Below the pieces are notes generated by a model that saw only the letters and a list, made by a program, of their open reading frames with translations, was not told the origin of the DNA and did not search any database. Below are positions 27,982 through 37,904 of a stretch of 64,000 nucleotides of DNA, piece by piece. Each line of letters begins with the position of its first letter. The stretch's first letter is position 1. The stretch comes from Candidatus Mailhella merdavium (GTDB taxonomy: Bacteria > Desulfobacterota > Desulfovibrionia > Desulfovibrionales > Desulfovibrionaceae), in assembly GCA_019119045.1 (NCBI GenBank), contig DWXS01000029.1, positions 9,571-73,570 on the forward strand. Direction: 5' to 3'. The translations under genes were made by a program, and so were the position numbers.

Positions 27982-28641
27982 ATGCGACTGCTTCTGATAG
28001 AGGACGACGCGATGATCGGCGAGGCCGTGCGGGAAGTTCTGCGGGATGTGGCCTATGCTGCGGACTGGGTGCAGGACGGTGAAACGGCTCTGGCCTGTCT
28101 TGAGGCGCAGAGCTATGATCTGATACTGCTGGATTTGGGTCTGCCCGATATGGACGGCATGGAGCTTCTGAAGAAGGTCCGCATCCGCAGCGATATTCCT
28201 CTAATCGTTCTGACGGCGCGCGATGCTGTGGAAGAGCGTATCCGCGGTCTTGATCTGGGGGCGGACGATTATCTGATAAAGCCCTTTGAAACAGGAGAGC
28301 TGCTGGCGCGGATACGCGCCGTCTGCCGACGCAGAGGAGGAAGCGGCTCTCCTCTCCTTTCCAACGGGAGGATCACGCTGAACCCCGCTACGCATGAAGC
28401 CGTCTGCGGAGAGGTCTCATGTGTGCTTTCGGCGCGGGAATTTGCCCTCCTTCAGGCGCTGCTGGTCACGCCCGGCAGAATCCTTTCCCGCTCCGAACTG
28501 GAAAACAAAATATACGGGTGGAACGAGGAGGTGGAGAGCAACGCCGTGGAGTTTCTCATCCATTCTCTGCGCAGAAAATTCGGAGCGGATCTCATTAAAA
28601 ATATACGGGGTGTGGGATGGATGGTTGCCGGAACGTCATGA
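27982..28641 (+). CDS. OmpR-family response regulator (PmrA/QseB-like)
   Basis: MRLLLIEDD, LLDLGLPDMDG, LTARDA..RIRGLDLGADDYLIKPF, ESNAVEFLIHSLRRK. Confidence 0.95.
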   Translation: MRLLLIEDDAMIGEAVREVLRDVAYAADWVQDGETALACLEAQSYDLILLDLGLPDMDGMELLKKVRIRSDIPLIVLTARDAVEERIRGLDLGADDYLIKPFETGELLARIRAVCRRRGGSGSPLLSNGRITLNPATHEAVCGEVSCVLSAREFALLQALLVTPGRILSRSELENKIYGWNEEVESNAVEFLIHSLRRKFGADLIKNIRGVGWMVAGTS

Positions 28642-29940
28642 ACTCCCTGCAATTCAAGCTGTCAGTCTGGCTGACGGCCGGAGTGCTGCTGCTCCTTGCG
28701 GGAGCATGCAGCCTTTCTTTTTTTCGGGTATATCATGAAGCGACGGAACTGTTCGATGAGGAATTGTGGCAGGTGGCCGAGCTTCTGAACCGACACGGCA
28801 TGCCCATTCCGCAGGATACGGAGCTGGATCGCCAGTCCATCAACGCCAGAACGGGTATCGTCGTCCAGAAGCTTGGAGAAGGGGGCGCGCTTTCTCTGCT
28901 GGAACTTGATAATCCTTCTTTGGGCTATCACTCCCTGAACATCGGAGGAGAAAAGTGGCGTCTGCTGGTCACAGCATCCCGGGATGGGGAAAATTTTGTC
29001 GTAGCGCAACGTTTTTTTTCTGCGCGACAAGATTGCCTGGGAAAGCACGGCGGCAACCTTTGTTCCTCTTTTGTTGTTCATGGGGCTGGCCGTGGTCGGA
29101 GCCTGTCTGGTGGTTCGCCACGTGTTCCGGCCCGTGCGCAGGTTGACGGCGGAGCTGGACGCACGCAAGCGGGCACAGGAGCTGGTTCCCCTGAGCGACG
29201 GAAATATTCCCTCCGAATTGCAGCCCTTTGTGGAGGCAATCAACCGTATGCTGGCGCGCGTGGCGAAGTCCGTGGAAGTTCAGCGTCGCTTTGTGGCCGA
29301 CGCCGCGCACGAACTGCGCACGCCCCTGACTGCGCTGTCGCTTCAGGCGGAAAGGCTGGAAGCTGCGGAAATGTCTTTTCTTGCCCGTGAAAGACTGCTC
29401 CGGCTGCGCCGGGGACTGAACCGGGCGCGTTCTCTGATCAATCAGTTGCTGACGCTGGCCCGGGCGCAAGGGCCGCAACGGGAAAAAAGCGAAGAACTTT
29501 CGCTTGAGGAGATGTTCCGCCGTACCCTTGAAGATCTGATCCCTCTGGCGGAAGAGAGGTCTGTCGATCTTGGCGTCACGAGCAGGGAAGATGTCCTGGT
29601 CATGGCCCCGCCCCATGCCGTGGCGGCAGTTCTGCGCAATCTGGTGGATAATGCCATTCGTTATACTCCGGCAGGCGGGCGCGTCGATCTCTACGCAGGC
29701 TATGAGGAAGGCTGTCCCGTTCTGACGGTATCGGATACCGGCCCCGGCATAGCGGAGGAAGAGGCTGCGCGGGTATTTGAGCCGTTTTATCGCTGCGGCG
29801 GAACTACGGCCGCCGGTTCCGGCCTGGGCCTTTCCATCGTCAAGACGCTGACGGAATCCTGGGGCGGGAGCGTGCGCCTTGAAGATCTGGGAAGGGACGG
29901 AAGAACGGGGCTGCGGGTACGGGTGAGCTTCAGAGCCTGA
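28638..29940 (+). pseudogene. Sensor histidine kinase (PmrB/QseC-like), frameshifted at T8 (29012-29019)
   Basis: 5' part TM1 and ELFDEEL; 3' part HAMP, RRFVADAAHELRTPL, NLVDNAIRYT, DTGPGI, GSGLGLSIV; T7 restores AQRFFLRDKIAWESTAATFVPLLLF. Confidence 0.85.
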
Positions 29941-30168
29941 AAGAAGCGGAACCTTCTTCCTTCTTTTTGTAAAAAGTATTGCGGATTTTCTGGACTTGTC
30001 GTCGATTCTGTGCTTCACTGTGAGAAGTTTCAGGACTGTCATGCGGGCGTCTTCCGCGAAGCTTTTCGTCAAGACGCTGTTCGTTCCACCAGCAACGGAC
30101 GGCCCGTTCTCGGGCCGGTCTTTTTTGCGTTGGCAGGGGCGGCAACATTCCACCAAGAGGACAACTCT

Positions 30169-30738
30169 ATGGCAAGCATCAGGCTCGATCAGGTTCGGGA
30201 CGCGAACTTTCTTCATCAGGTGGAGGAAGAGAGCGGCCAGAACATTTCCACCTGCTACCAGTGCGGCAACTGCACCGCCGGATGCCCCGGCGCGGGCTTT
30301 TACGACAGACAGGTGAGTCAGATCATGCGGGCCGTGCAGCTTGGCCTGAAAGACGAAGCCCTGCGCAACAAATCGCTGTGGCTCTGCCTTTCCTGCTCCA
30401 CCTGCACCGCGCGCTGTCCCAACAACATTGATGTGGCCCGCGTCATGGAAACGCTGCGTCACATGGCCCGCCGCGAAGGGCTTGTCCAGGATCGGCCCAT
30501 TGAATCCTTCTGGAAGGCCTTCCTCGACACGGTAAAAGCAACCGGCCGTTCCTTCGAGATCGGCGTCATGGCCGACTACATGCTGCGTACAGGCCGTGGA
30601 TGGGGCAATATGGACATGGCTCCGGCCGCGTTGAGCAGGGGCAAGCTGCCCTTCCTGCCCAGCTGCATTCAGGGTCGTGACGAAGTCGCCCGCATCTTCA
30701 AGCGCTATGCCGAAACGACGAAGGAGGGCCAGCAGTGA
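30169..30738 (+). CDS. hdrC: Heterodisulfide reductase subunit C
   Basis: CYQCGNCTAGCP and LWLCLSCSTCTARCP. Confidence 0.92.
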   Translation: MASIRLDQVRDANFLHQVEEESGQNISTCYQCGNCTAGCPGAGFYDRQVSQIMRAVQLGLKDEALRNKSLWLCLSCSTCTARCPNNIDVARVMETLRHMARREGLVQDRPIESFWKAFLDTVKATGRSFEIGVMADYMLRTGRGWGNMDMAPAALSRGKLPFLPSCIQGRDEVARIFKRYAETTKEGQQ

Positions 30739-31697
30739 AACTTGCCTATTATCCCGGCTGCTCCGGCCACGGTACCTCAAAGGAATACGAGGCTTCCACC
30801 CGCTCCGTATGCCGTGCGCTCGGTCTTGAATTTGCCGAAATAGAAGACTGGAACTGCTGCGGTTCCACTCCGGCTCACGCCATGGATACCGTGCTGTCCG
30901 GCGCGCTGGCGGCCCGCAATTTCCGTCAGGTGGCGCGCACCGGCGCCGAAGGCGTGGTGACGCCCTGCCCGAGCTGTCTGGCCAATCTCAAACTGGCCCG
31001 TCATCGCATGCAGGACGCCTCCTTCAAGGCAAGGGTGGACGCTCTGCTGGATGCTCCCACCGTTGAAAATGCGGCGGAACTGCCCGAGACCTATTCCGTG
31101 CTTCAGATCATTCTGGAACAGATAGGGCCGGAAGCCATCAAATCCCGCGTGACCCGTCCGCTGGAAGGTGTGAAAATCGCCACCTATTACGGCTGTCTGA
31201 TGAGCCGTCCGGCTGATGTGATGCGTTTCGACGATCCGGAAAATCCCACCGCCATGGATAAAATCATGGAAGCGCTGGGCGCGGAGGTCGTACCGTTCCC
31301 GCTCAAGACGGAATGTTGCGGCGCGGCCATGGGCGTGGCCCGGCAGGATATAACCGGGGAACTTTCCGGGCGTATTCTGGCCACGGCCAAAAAATTCGGC
31401 GCGGATGCCGTGGTGACGGCCTGTCCGCTCTGTCACATGAATCTCGATCTGCGGCAGGGGCAGGCGGAACGGCGGCTGAATCTCAAGTTCCGGCTTCCCG
31501 TGTTCTATTATACGCAGCTCATGGGGCTGGCCTTCGGCCTGCCCGACGACACCCTCATGCTGAACAAGCTGGCTGTGGATCCCGCACCTTTCCTTCAGCT
31601 TGTCGCCAAGCGTCGCAAGGCGCGGATCGAAGCCGCCGCCGAAGCGGCCCGTGCCGCGATGGAGAAGGCTGAATCCGAAGAAGGAGCCGCGTCATGA
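30735..31697 (+). CDS. hdrB: Heterodisulfide reductase subunit B
   Basis: YYPGC, DWNCCG, TPCPSC, YYGC, ECCG, ACPLCHMNLD (two CCG domains). Confidence 0.95.
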   Translation: MKLAYYPGCSGHGTSKEYEASTRSVCRALGLEFAEIEDWNCCGSTPAHAMDTVLSGALAARNFRQVARTGAEGVVTPCPSCLANLKLARHRMQDASFKARVDALLDAPTVENAAELPETYSVLQIILEQIGPEAIKSRVTRPLEGVKIATYYGCLMSRPADVMRFDDPENPTAMDKIMEALGAEVVPFPLKTECCGAAMGVARQDITGELSGRILATAKKFGADAVVTACPLCHMNLDLRQGQAERRLNLKFRLPVFYYTQLMGLAFGLPDDTLMLNKLAVDPAPFLQLVAKRRKARIEAAAEAARAAMEKAESEEGAAS

Positions 31698-33667
31698 AGA
31701 TAGGCGTTTTCGTCTGCCACTGCGGCAGCAATATCGAAGCCACGGTGGATACGGCCGAGGTGGCGCGCATTGCGCTCACCTATCCCGACGTGGCCCATGC
31801 GGAAGATTCCATGTACACCTGTTCCGAACCGGGGCAGGACAATATCGTTCAGGCCATCAAAAAATACGGACTGGACGGCGTGGTTGTGGCCTCCTGCTCT
31901 CCGCGCATGCACGAGCAGACCTTCCGCCGCACGGTGGAACGTGCCGGTCTGAACCGCTATATGTTTGAAATGGCCAATATCCGCGAACATGTTTCGTGGA
32001 TCGGCAAGGATCGTGAAGCCAACACCAACAAGGCCGCCGAACTGGTGCGTCTGGCGGTGGAAAAGCTGCGCCGGAACGCGCCGCTGCATTCCAAGCAGTT
32101 CGACGTGACCAAGCGCGTGCTGGTCATCGGCGGCGGCGTGGCCGGTATTCAGGCCGCGCTGGACTGTGCGGACGGCGGTATTGAAGTGGTGATGGTGGAG
32201 CGTGAAAGCACCATCGGCGGCAAAATGGCCAAGCTGGACAAGACCTTCCCCACGGTGGACTGCTCCAGCTGCGTGCTTTCGCCCAAGATGGTGGACGTGG
32301 CCCAGCATCCGAAAATCAAGCTCTACGCCTATTCCGAGGTGGAAAGCATCAGCGGCTTTGTGGGCAACTTTACGGTGAAGATCCGCAAAAAGGCCGCCTA
32401 TGTGGACTGGGACAAATGCACCGGCTGCGGTACCTGTACCGAAAAATGCCCGGCCAAGCATTCTCCCGACGCCTTCAATGAATGCGTGGGCGAGACGACG
32501 GCCATCAATATTCCCTTCCCGCAGGCCATTCCCAAAAAGGCCGTCATCGATCCGCGCTACTGCCGCAAGCTCACGACGGGCAAATGCGGCGTGTGCGCCA
32601 AGGTCTGCCCCACCGGCGCCATCAATTATGAAATGCAGGAAGAGAGCGTCACCGAACAGGTGGGCGCAGTCATCGCGGCCACGGGCTACGATCTCATGAA
32701 CTGGAAGGTCATGGGCGAGTACGGCGGAGGACGCTTCCCCGACGTGATCACCAGCCTCCAGTACGAGCGTATGCTTTCCGCCAACGGCCCGACGGCAGGA
32801 CACATACAGCGTCCCTCGGACGGAAAGGAACCGAAGGTCGTGGCCTTCATCCAGTGCGTGGGGTCGCGCGATCGTTCAATCGATCGTCCCTACTGCTCCG
32901 GCTTCTGCTGCATGTATACGGCCAAGCAGGCCATTCTGACCAAGGATCACATGCCCGAATCGCGTTCTTTCGTGTTTTACATGGACATACGTGCGCCGGG
33001 CAAAATGTATGACGAGTTCACCCGCCGCGCAATGGAAGAATACGGCGTGCAGTATGTGCGTGGGCGTGTTTCCGCCATACAGCCCATTCTTCGCGGCGAC
33101 GGAAGCATGGGCTACATCCTGCGCACCGTGGACACGCTGCTCGGGCAGCAGGTGGAGCTGGAAGCGGATCTGGTCGTGCTGGCCGTAGGTATTGAGGGAG
33201 CGCATGGAGCCGGGGAACTGGCCGAAAAGCTGCGCATATCCTACGACAAGTACGGATTCTTCATGGAACGCCACGTCAAACTGGCTCCGGTGGAAACCAA
33301 CACCGCGGGCGTGTATCTGGCGGGCGTGTGCCAGGGAGCCAAAGATATTCCCGCCTCCGTGGCGCAGGGAAGCGCGGCTGCGGCCAAGGTGCTTTCCCTG
33401 TTCTCCAAGGACAAGCTGGAAAACGACCCCCAGATTGCCCAGGTGGATCTCAAGCGTTGTGTGGGCTGCGGCAAGTGCGTGGACGTGTGCCCCTACGGCG
33501 CAATCAAGAAAATAGACTTCCGCGGTCAACCCAAGGCCGAGGTGGTGGAAACCGTGTGCCAGGGCTGCGGCGTATGCAATGCCACCTGCCCGCAGGGCGC
33601 GATTCAGGTTTCGCATTTCACGGACAACCAGATTCTCGCGGAGGTTAACGCCCTATGTCAGTTCTGA
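31694..33667 (+). CDS. hdrA: Heterodisulfide reductase subunit A
   Basis: KIGVFVCHCGSNI, VASCSPRMHE, IGGGVAGIQAAL, LDKTFPTVDCSSC, FIQCVGSRD, YCSGFCCMY, ferredoxin motifs. Confidence 0.97.
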   Translation: MKIGVFVCHCGSNIEATVDTAEVARIALTYPDVAHAEDSMYTCSEPGQDNIVQAIKKYGLDGVVVASCSPRMHEQTFRRTVERAGLNRYMFEMANIREHVSWIGKDREANTNKAAELVRLAVEKLRRNAPLHSKQFDVTKRVLVIGGGVAGIQAALDCADGGIEVVMVERESTIGGKMAKLDKTFPTVDCSSCVLSPKMVDVAQHPKIKLYAYSEVESISGFVGNFTVKIRKKAAYVDWDKCTGCGTCTEKCPAKHSPDAFNECVGETTAINIPFPQAIPKKAVIDPRYCRKLTTGKCGVCAKVCPTGAINYEMQEESVTEQVGAVIAATGYDLMNWKVMGEYGGGRFPDVITSLQYERMLSANGPTAGHIQRPSDGKEPKVVAFIQCVGSRDRSIDRPYCSGFCCMYTAKQAILTKDHMPESRSFVFYMDIRAPGKMYDEFTRRAMEEYGVQYVRGRVSAIQPILRGDGSMGYILRTVDTLLGQQVELEADLVVLAVGIEGAHGAGELAEKLRISYDKYGFFMERHVKLAPVETNTAGVYLAGVCQGAKDIPASVAQGSAAAAKVLSLFSKDKLENDPQIAQVDLKRCVGCGKCVDVCPYGAIKKIDFRGQPKAEVVETVCQGCGVCNATCPQGAIQVSHFTDNQILAEVNALCQF

Positions 33668-35121
33668 GCGGCAAAGAGCTCCGTATCGTGGGCTTTCTGT
33701 GCAACTGGTGTTCCTACGGCGGGGCGGATACGGCGGGAACGGCCCGCGCCACCCAGCCTACGGACCTGCGCATCATCCGCGTCCCCTGTTCGGGGCGCGT
33801 CAATCCTCTGTTCGTTCTCAAGGCGTTGATGAACGGTGCGGACGGCGTGCTGGTTTCCGGCTGCCATCCCCGCGACTGCCATTATTCCGCCGGCAACTTC
33901 TATGCCCGCCGCCGTCTGGAAATCCTCAAGGAGTTCCTGCCCATCGTGGGTATTGACCCGGCCCGCTTTGAATATACCTGGGTTTCCGCTTCCGAAGGCC
34001 AGAGATGGAAGGAAGTGGTCACCAACTTTACCGCCCGCATCCATAAGCTCGGCCCCGCGCCGAAGTGGGCGGACGTAACCCCGCGTTACGACATGCCCTT
34101 CAATGCGCCGGAACAGCGACTGGAACCCATCCGTCCGCTGGGCTGCGGAGCGAATCCTTCGCTTCCCGAACTCAAGGAAAGCATCAAGAAGGCTCTGTCC
34201 GATGGCCTTGAAGGGGTTCTCGGCTGGAAGAGCGGTTTCGACCCGCTGCATGTGGAACCCGTGTTCATGCAGACCCCGGAAGAAGTGGATCAGCTGATCT
34301 GGGGCCCCTTCAACGTCCATAACCTCGCCAACTTCCTGCCCCAGTACAAGGGGCGTAAAATCGGCGTGGTGGTCAAGGGCTGCGACAGCAAGGGCGTGAT
34401 CGAACTGCTGGCCGAAAAACTCATCGAAAAGGATGACGTGACCATTTTCGGCATGGGCTGCAACGGTACGGCGGATCTGAACCGCGTACTGGAAAAACTG
34501 CCCGAAGGCGTGGCCATTGAAGCGGTGAACTGCTCCGGCAATACCATCAAGGTCAAAGCCGGAGGACAGGAATATACGGTATCCATGCTGGAAGCGGCAC
34601 AGGACAAGTGCCGTCAGTGTACCAACCCCAATGCGGTGCTGTCCGACGTGTTTGTCGGCCCCAAAGTGACGGAACCCATGGCTCCCGCCGACGGTCGCTC
34701 CGGTGCGCTGCGTTTCCTCGATTCCCTTTCTCTGGAAGAACGTATGGGCTTCTGGAAAGGACAGATGGAACGCTGCATCAGCTGTCATGCCTGCCGCAGT
34801 GCCTGCCCCATGTGCGTATGCCGCGATCATTGCGTATCCGACGCACGCAATCCCGCCTGGCTGACCAAGGAAGACGACGTCGTGCAGAAGCTCTTCTTCC
34901 AGCTCATTCATGCCCAGCATCTGGCCGGACGCTGCACAGGCTGCGGCGAATGTCAGAGGGCCTGCCCCATGGGAATACCCGTGTTTGCGCTCAAACAGCA
35001 GTTCGGCCGCAAGATCAAGCAGATATTCGGCTACGGCGCGGGTATGGATGTGAACGGCGTGCCGCCGCTGCTCGCCTATCAGGTGGAAGAACCCAACATC
35101 AAGGAGCATGAGCTGTCATGA
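33655..35121 (+). CDS. flxCD: FlxCD fusion (MvhD-like [2Fe-2S] domain plus 4Fe-4S domain)
   Basis: GFLCNWCSYGGAD, RVPCSGRVNP, GCHPRDCHY, WVSASEG; CISCHACRSACPMCVC and RCTGCGECQRACP. Confidence 0.85.
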   Translation: MSVLSGKELRIVGFLCNWCSYGGADTAGTARATQPTDLRIIRVPCSGRVNPLFVLKALMNGADGVLVSGCHPRDCHYSAGNFYARRRLEILKEFLPIVGIDPARFEYTWVSASEGQRWKEVVTNFTARIHKLGPAPKWADVTPRYDMPFNAPEQRLEPIRPLGCGANPSLPELKESIKKALSDGLEGVLGWKSGFDPLHVEPVFMQTPEEVDQLIWGPFNVHNLANFLPQYKGRKIGVVVKGCDSKGVIELLAEKLIEKDDVTIFGMGCNGTADLNRVLEKLPEGVAIEAVNCSGNTIKVKAGGQEYTVSMLEAAQDKCRQCTNPNAVLSDVFVGPKVTEPMAPADGRSGALRFLDSLSLEERMGFWKGQMERCISCHACRSACPMCVCRDHCVSDARNPAWLTKEDDVVQKLFFQLIHAQHLAGRCTGCGECQRACPMGIPVFALKQQFGRKIKQIFGYGAGMDVNGVPPLLAYQVEEPNIKEHELS

Positions 35122-36395
35122 GCAACTTCTACTTTGCCGCTCCGGACGCCCTCCTTGGCTGGCTGAAGAAGCTGGCCGCGGATTATCGCGTGCTGGCTCC
35201 CCGCAGGGAAGGCCGCAGCGTGATGTTCCGTCCCCGCACGGCGGACGATCTGACGGATATGGACGAACTTCTGCGCCGCGCCACGGCATCCCCCAAGGGC
35301 GCGGTCATTCCCCACAGCGAAACGCTGGTGCATTTCACGTCCACCAAGGACGCGGAAAATCCGGCCAGCCTGACCACGACGCTGGAAGCTCCCCGGGACG
35401 ATGCGCCGACGCTGCTGTTCGGTTGCCGTCCCTGCGACGCCAAGGGATTTCTGGTACTGGATCGCCCCTATCTCGGGGGCAAGTTCAAGGACCCGTACTA
35501 TGCCGCCCGGCGCGAGGCTCTGGTGATTATTTCTCAGGCCTGCCCCACGGCCTTTGCCACCTGCTTCTGTCACTGGGTGGGCGGCTCCCCTGCCGCACGC
35601 GAAGGCTCCGACATCCTGTTCACTGCCGTGGACGGCGGATTTGTCCTTGAATCCGTTACGGAAAAGGGTGCCTCCCTGCTGGCCGGATCGGGCTTTGCCT
35701 CCGGCGAGGACAGAAAGGAAGAAGCCGAAGCCGCCCATAAGAAGGCGGAAGCCTCTCTCGGCGCCCCCAGCAATCTGAAGAATATTCCGGCCAGGGTTGC
35801 GGCGCGTTTCCGTGACGATGCCTTCTGGATTAAGGAAACGGAAAAATGCCTGTCCTGTGGGGCCTGCACCTATCTGTGCCCCACCTGCCAGTGCTTCACC
35901 ATTACCGACGAGGGCTCACAGCTCGACGGACGGCGTATACGCAGCTGGGACAGTTGCATGTCTCCGCTGTTCACGCTGGAAACCAGCGGACACAACCCCC
36001 GTGCGGAAAAGTTCAAACGTATGCGTAACCGCATCAGCCACAAGTTCAGCTATTATCCGCAGAGCTACGACGGGGAATATTCCTGCGTCGGCTGCGGCCG
36101 CTGCGTGGTGAGCTGCCCCATATCTCTGGATATCCGGCAGGTGGTGAAACATGCCGTGGAAGGTGCGCCCGACGTCGCTCCCGAAGCCGCTCCGGCTCCT
36201 GCAATCCGTCCGGAAAGCCCCGTTCCCGCTCCGGTAAAGCCCGCGGCGGCTCCTGCTCCTGTGGAAAAAGCGGCAGAGCCTGCTCCGGCAGATCCGGCTC
36301 CGGCGGCTTCCGAGGCTGCTCCCAAGGCGTCCGCGAAGTCCGATGCCAGGCCCAAGACGGGCGGCAAGTCCAAGTCCGGCAAAAAATCCCGCTAG
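35118..36395 (+). CDS. flxB: FlxB (AsrA-like 4Fe-4S protein) with Ala/Pro/Lys-rich tail
   Basis: FGCRPCD, TCFC, CLSCGACTYLCPTCQC, CVGCGRCVVSCP. Confidence 0.85.
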   Translation: MSNFYFAAPDALLGWLKKLAADYRVLAPRREGRSVMFRPRTADDLTDMDELLRRATASPKGAVIPHSETLVHFTSTKDAENPASLTTTLEAPRDDAPTLLFGCRPCDAKGFLVLDRPYLGGKFKDPYYAARREALVIISQACPTAFATCFCHWVGGSPAAREGSDILFTAVDGGFVLESVTEKGASLLAGSGFASGEDRKEEAEAAHKKAEASLGAPSNLKNIPARVAARFRDDAFWIKETEKCLSCGACTYLCPTCQCFTITDEGSQLDGRRIRSWDSCMSPLFTLETSGHNPRAEKFKRMRNRISHKFSYYPQSYDGEYSCVGCGRCVVSCPISLDIRQVVKHAVEGAPDVAPEAAPAPAIRPESPVPAPVKPAAAPAPVEKAAEPAPADPAPAASEAAPKASAKSDARPKTGGKSKSGKKSR

Positions 36396-36412
36396 GGCGG
36401 TGAGGAATCATC

Positions 36413-37267
36413 ATGAGCGAACATCATTGCACATGCCACGGCAAGAATCCCTACCTGCCCGAAGTGGCCACGGTGGTGGAAACCGTGCAGGAAACCCCCA
36501 CCATCAAAACCATCCGCGTGCGCTTCGACAACGAAGAGGCGTGGGAGAAATTCCACTATGAGCCCGGTCAGGTCGGGCAGCTCTCCGTGTTCGGCGCGGG
36601 CGAATCCACCTTCGTCATCAATACCCCGCCTTCGTGCAGGGACTATATCCAGTTCTCCGTGCTGCTGGCCGGGGAAGTGACCCACGCCATCCACAAGCTC
36701 CAGGCCGGAGACAAGGTCGGCGTGCGCGCACCTCTGGGCAACTGGTTCCCCTATAACGAATGGAAGGGAAAAAACGTGTTCTTCGTGGGCGGCGGTATCG
36801 GTATGGCCCCCATCCGTACCATCATGCTCCATCTGCTGGAACATGCCTCGGATTACGGCCAGATCAGCCTGCTCTACGGCGCACGCTCTCCGCAGGATAT
36901 GGCCTATCAGGCCGATCTGCCCGGTTGGCTGTCGCATGAACACCTCAAGACCACGCTGACCATCGACCGCGAGGCCGAAGGCTGGCCCCATAAAGTGGGT
37001 CTGATTCCCAACGTCCTCAAGGAAATCGGCCCCAAGCCGGATAATACCATCGCCGTGCTGTGCGGCCCGCCCATCATGATCAAGTTCACCCTGGCGGCTT
37101 TCCAGGAGCTGGGCTTCAAGGACGAAAACATCGTCACCACGCTGGAACGGCGCATGAAGTGCGGCATCGGGATCTGCGGCCGCTGCAATATCGGCGGCAA
37201 GTACGTCTGCCTTGACGGGCCTGTGTTTACTCAGGCCCAGCTCAATCAGCTGCCGCCGGAAATGTAA
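36413..37267 (+). CDS. flxA: FlxA (FAD/NAD-binding oxidoreductase with [2Fe-2S])
   Basis: PGQ, VRAPLGN, VGGGIGMAP, LYGAR, LCGPPIM, LERRMKCGIGICGRC, CLDGPVF. Confidence 0.9.
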   Translation: MSEHHCTCHGKNPYLPEVATVVETVQETPTIKTIRVRFDNEEAWEKFHYEPGQVGQLSVFGAGESTFVINTPPSCRDYIQFSVLLAGEVTHAIHKLQAGDKVGVRAPLGNWFPYNEWKGKNVFFVGGGIGMAPIRTIMLHLLEHASDYGQISLLYGARSPQDMAYQADLPGWLSHEHLKTTLTIDREAEGWPHKVGLIPNVLKEIGPKPDNTIAVLCGPPIMIKFTLAAFQELGFKDENIVTTLERRMKCGIGICGRCNIGGKYVCLDGPVFTQAQLNQLPPEM

Positions 37268-37271
37268 AAAA

Positions 37272-37303
37272 GCAGACGCCTCCTCTGAAAAGGAGGCGTT
37301 CTG
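37272..37303 (+). terminator. Terminator hairpin after flxA (a second hairpin follows at ~37318-37361)
   Basis: ACGCCTCCT-CTGAAA-AGGAGGCGT; then CGAGGGAAGAAGG...CCTTCTTCCCTCG followed by a T-rich tract. Confidence 0.65.
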
Positions 37304-37904
37304 TCCGAACACATATGCGAGGGAAGAAGGATACCCCCTGCCGGGGAACCTTCTTCCCTCGTGTTATTTTGGCCTGTTTTGCCGCAGAAATAGGGGCGTG
37401 AAAGAAAGGCTGAAGCCTCAGGGGTGAGGTGTGGCCCTTGCTTCTCAACGAATCCAGGGAAAATCGGCCCGGGCCGAAGGATAGCCGTGTTGTGTGACGC
37501 GGCCGTCATGACCGAGTTCTCTGTATCCGTCTTCTGCAAATGAGCGTTCAAGTACGGAAAAGTTTCGCTCGGATTCCCGCCGTCGGAAAGAGGGAGCCTT
37601 TCTTCAGGATAGGGTAGAGGACAGATTAACGTGGAGAGTTCAGCCTGTATCAGCGGTATGTACGCCTCTTTCTTCAGATGCTTGAAAACGTCTGATGTAT
37701 ACAGGCGTCATATTTTTATGGGATTATTTTTTGAAACAGGGATACCGGTTTGCGCCCTGGCGACGGTTGATCTGTGGCGGTAACCGGCACTCTGAAGGAA
37801 GCTGCCTGTCCCTGAAAATTCTGAAAAGCCTGTTTTTTGCTGTGCTTGTGCGGTGCAGCTCTGGCCTGCGTCAGGACAGATAAGGCCGTCGGAGCGCAGG
37901 AACT

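Noticed and set aside
30019-30036. Possible Rex operator upstream of hdrC (CTGTGAGAAGTTTCAGGA)
   Set aside because: Biologically plausible but only a partial match to the TTGTGAA-N4-TTCACAA palindrome; needs a position-weight-matrix scan
36160-36395. Repetitive GC-rich DNA (GCTCCGGC-like units) as a CRISPR or tandem array
   Set aside because: Coding low-complexity Ala/Pro tail of FlxB; no constant repeat-spacer period. No CRISPR array or cas genes were seen anywhere in the window
30169-37267. Selenocysteine recoding in Hdr/Flx
   Set aside because: All ORFs are uninterrupted with Cys at the motif positions; no in-frame TGA needs readthrough
37246-37904. Possible small gene or ncRNA (6S-like) between flxA and the WYL gene
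   Set aside because: The open minus-strand frame has no convincing start, RBS or motif and runs through terminator hairpins; no recognisable RNA consensus
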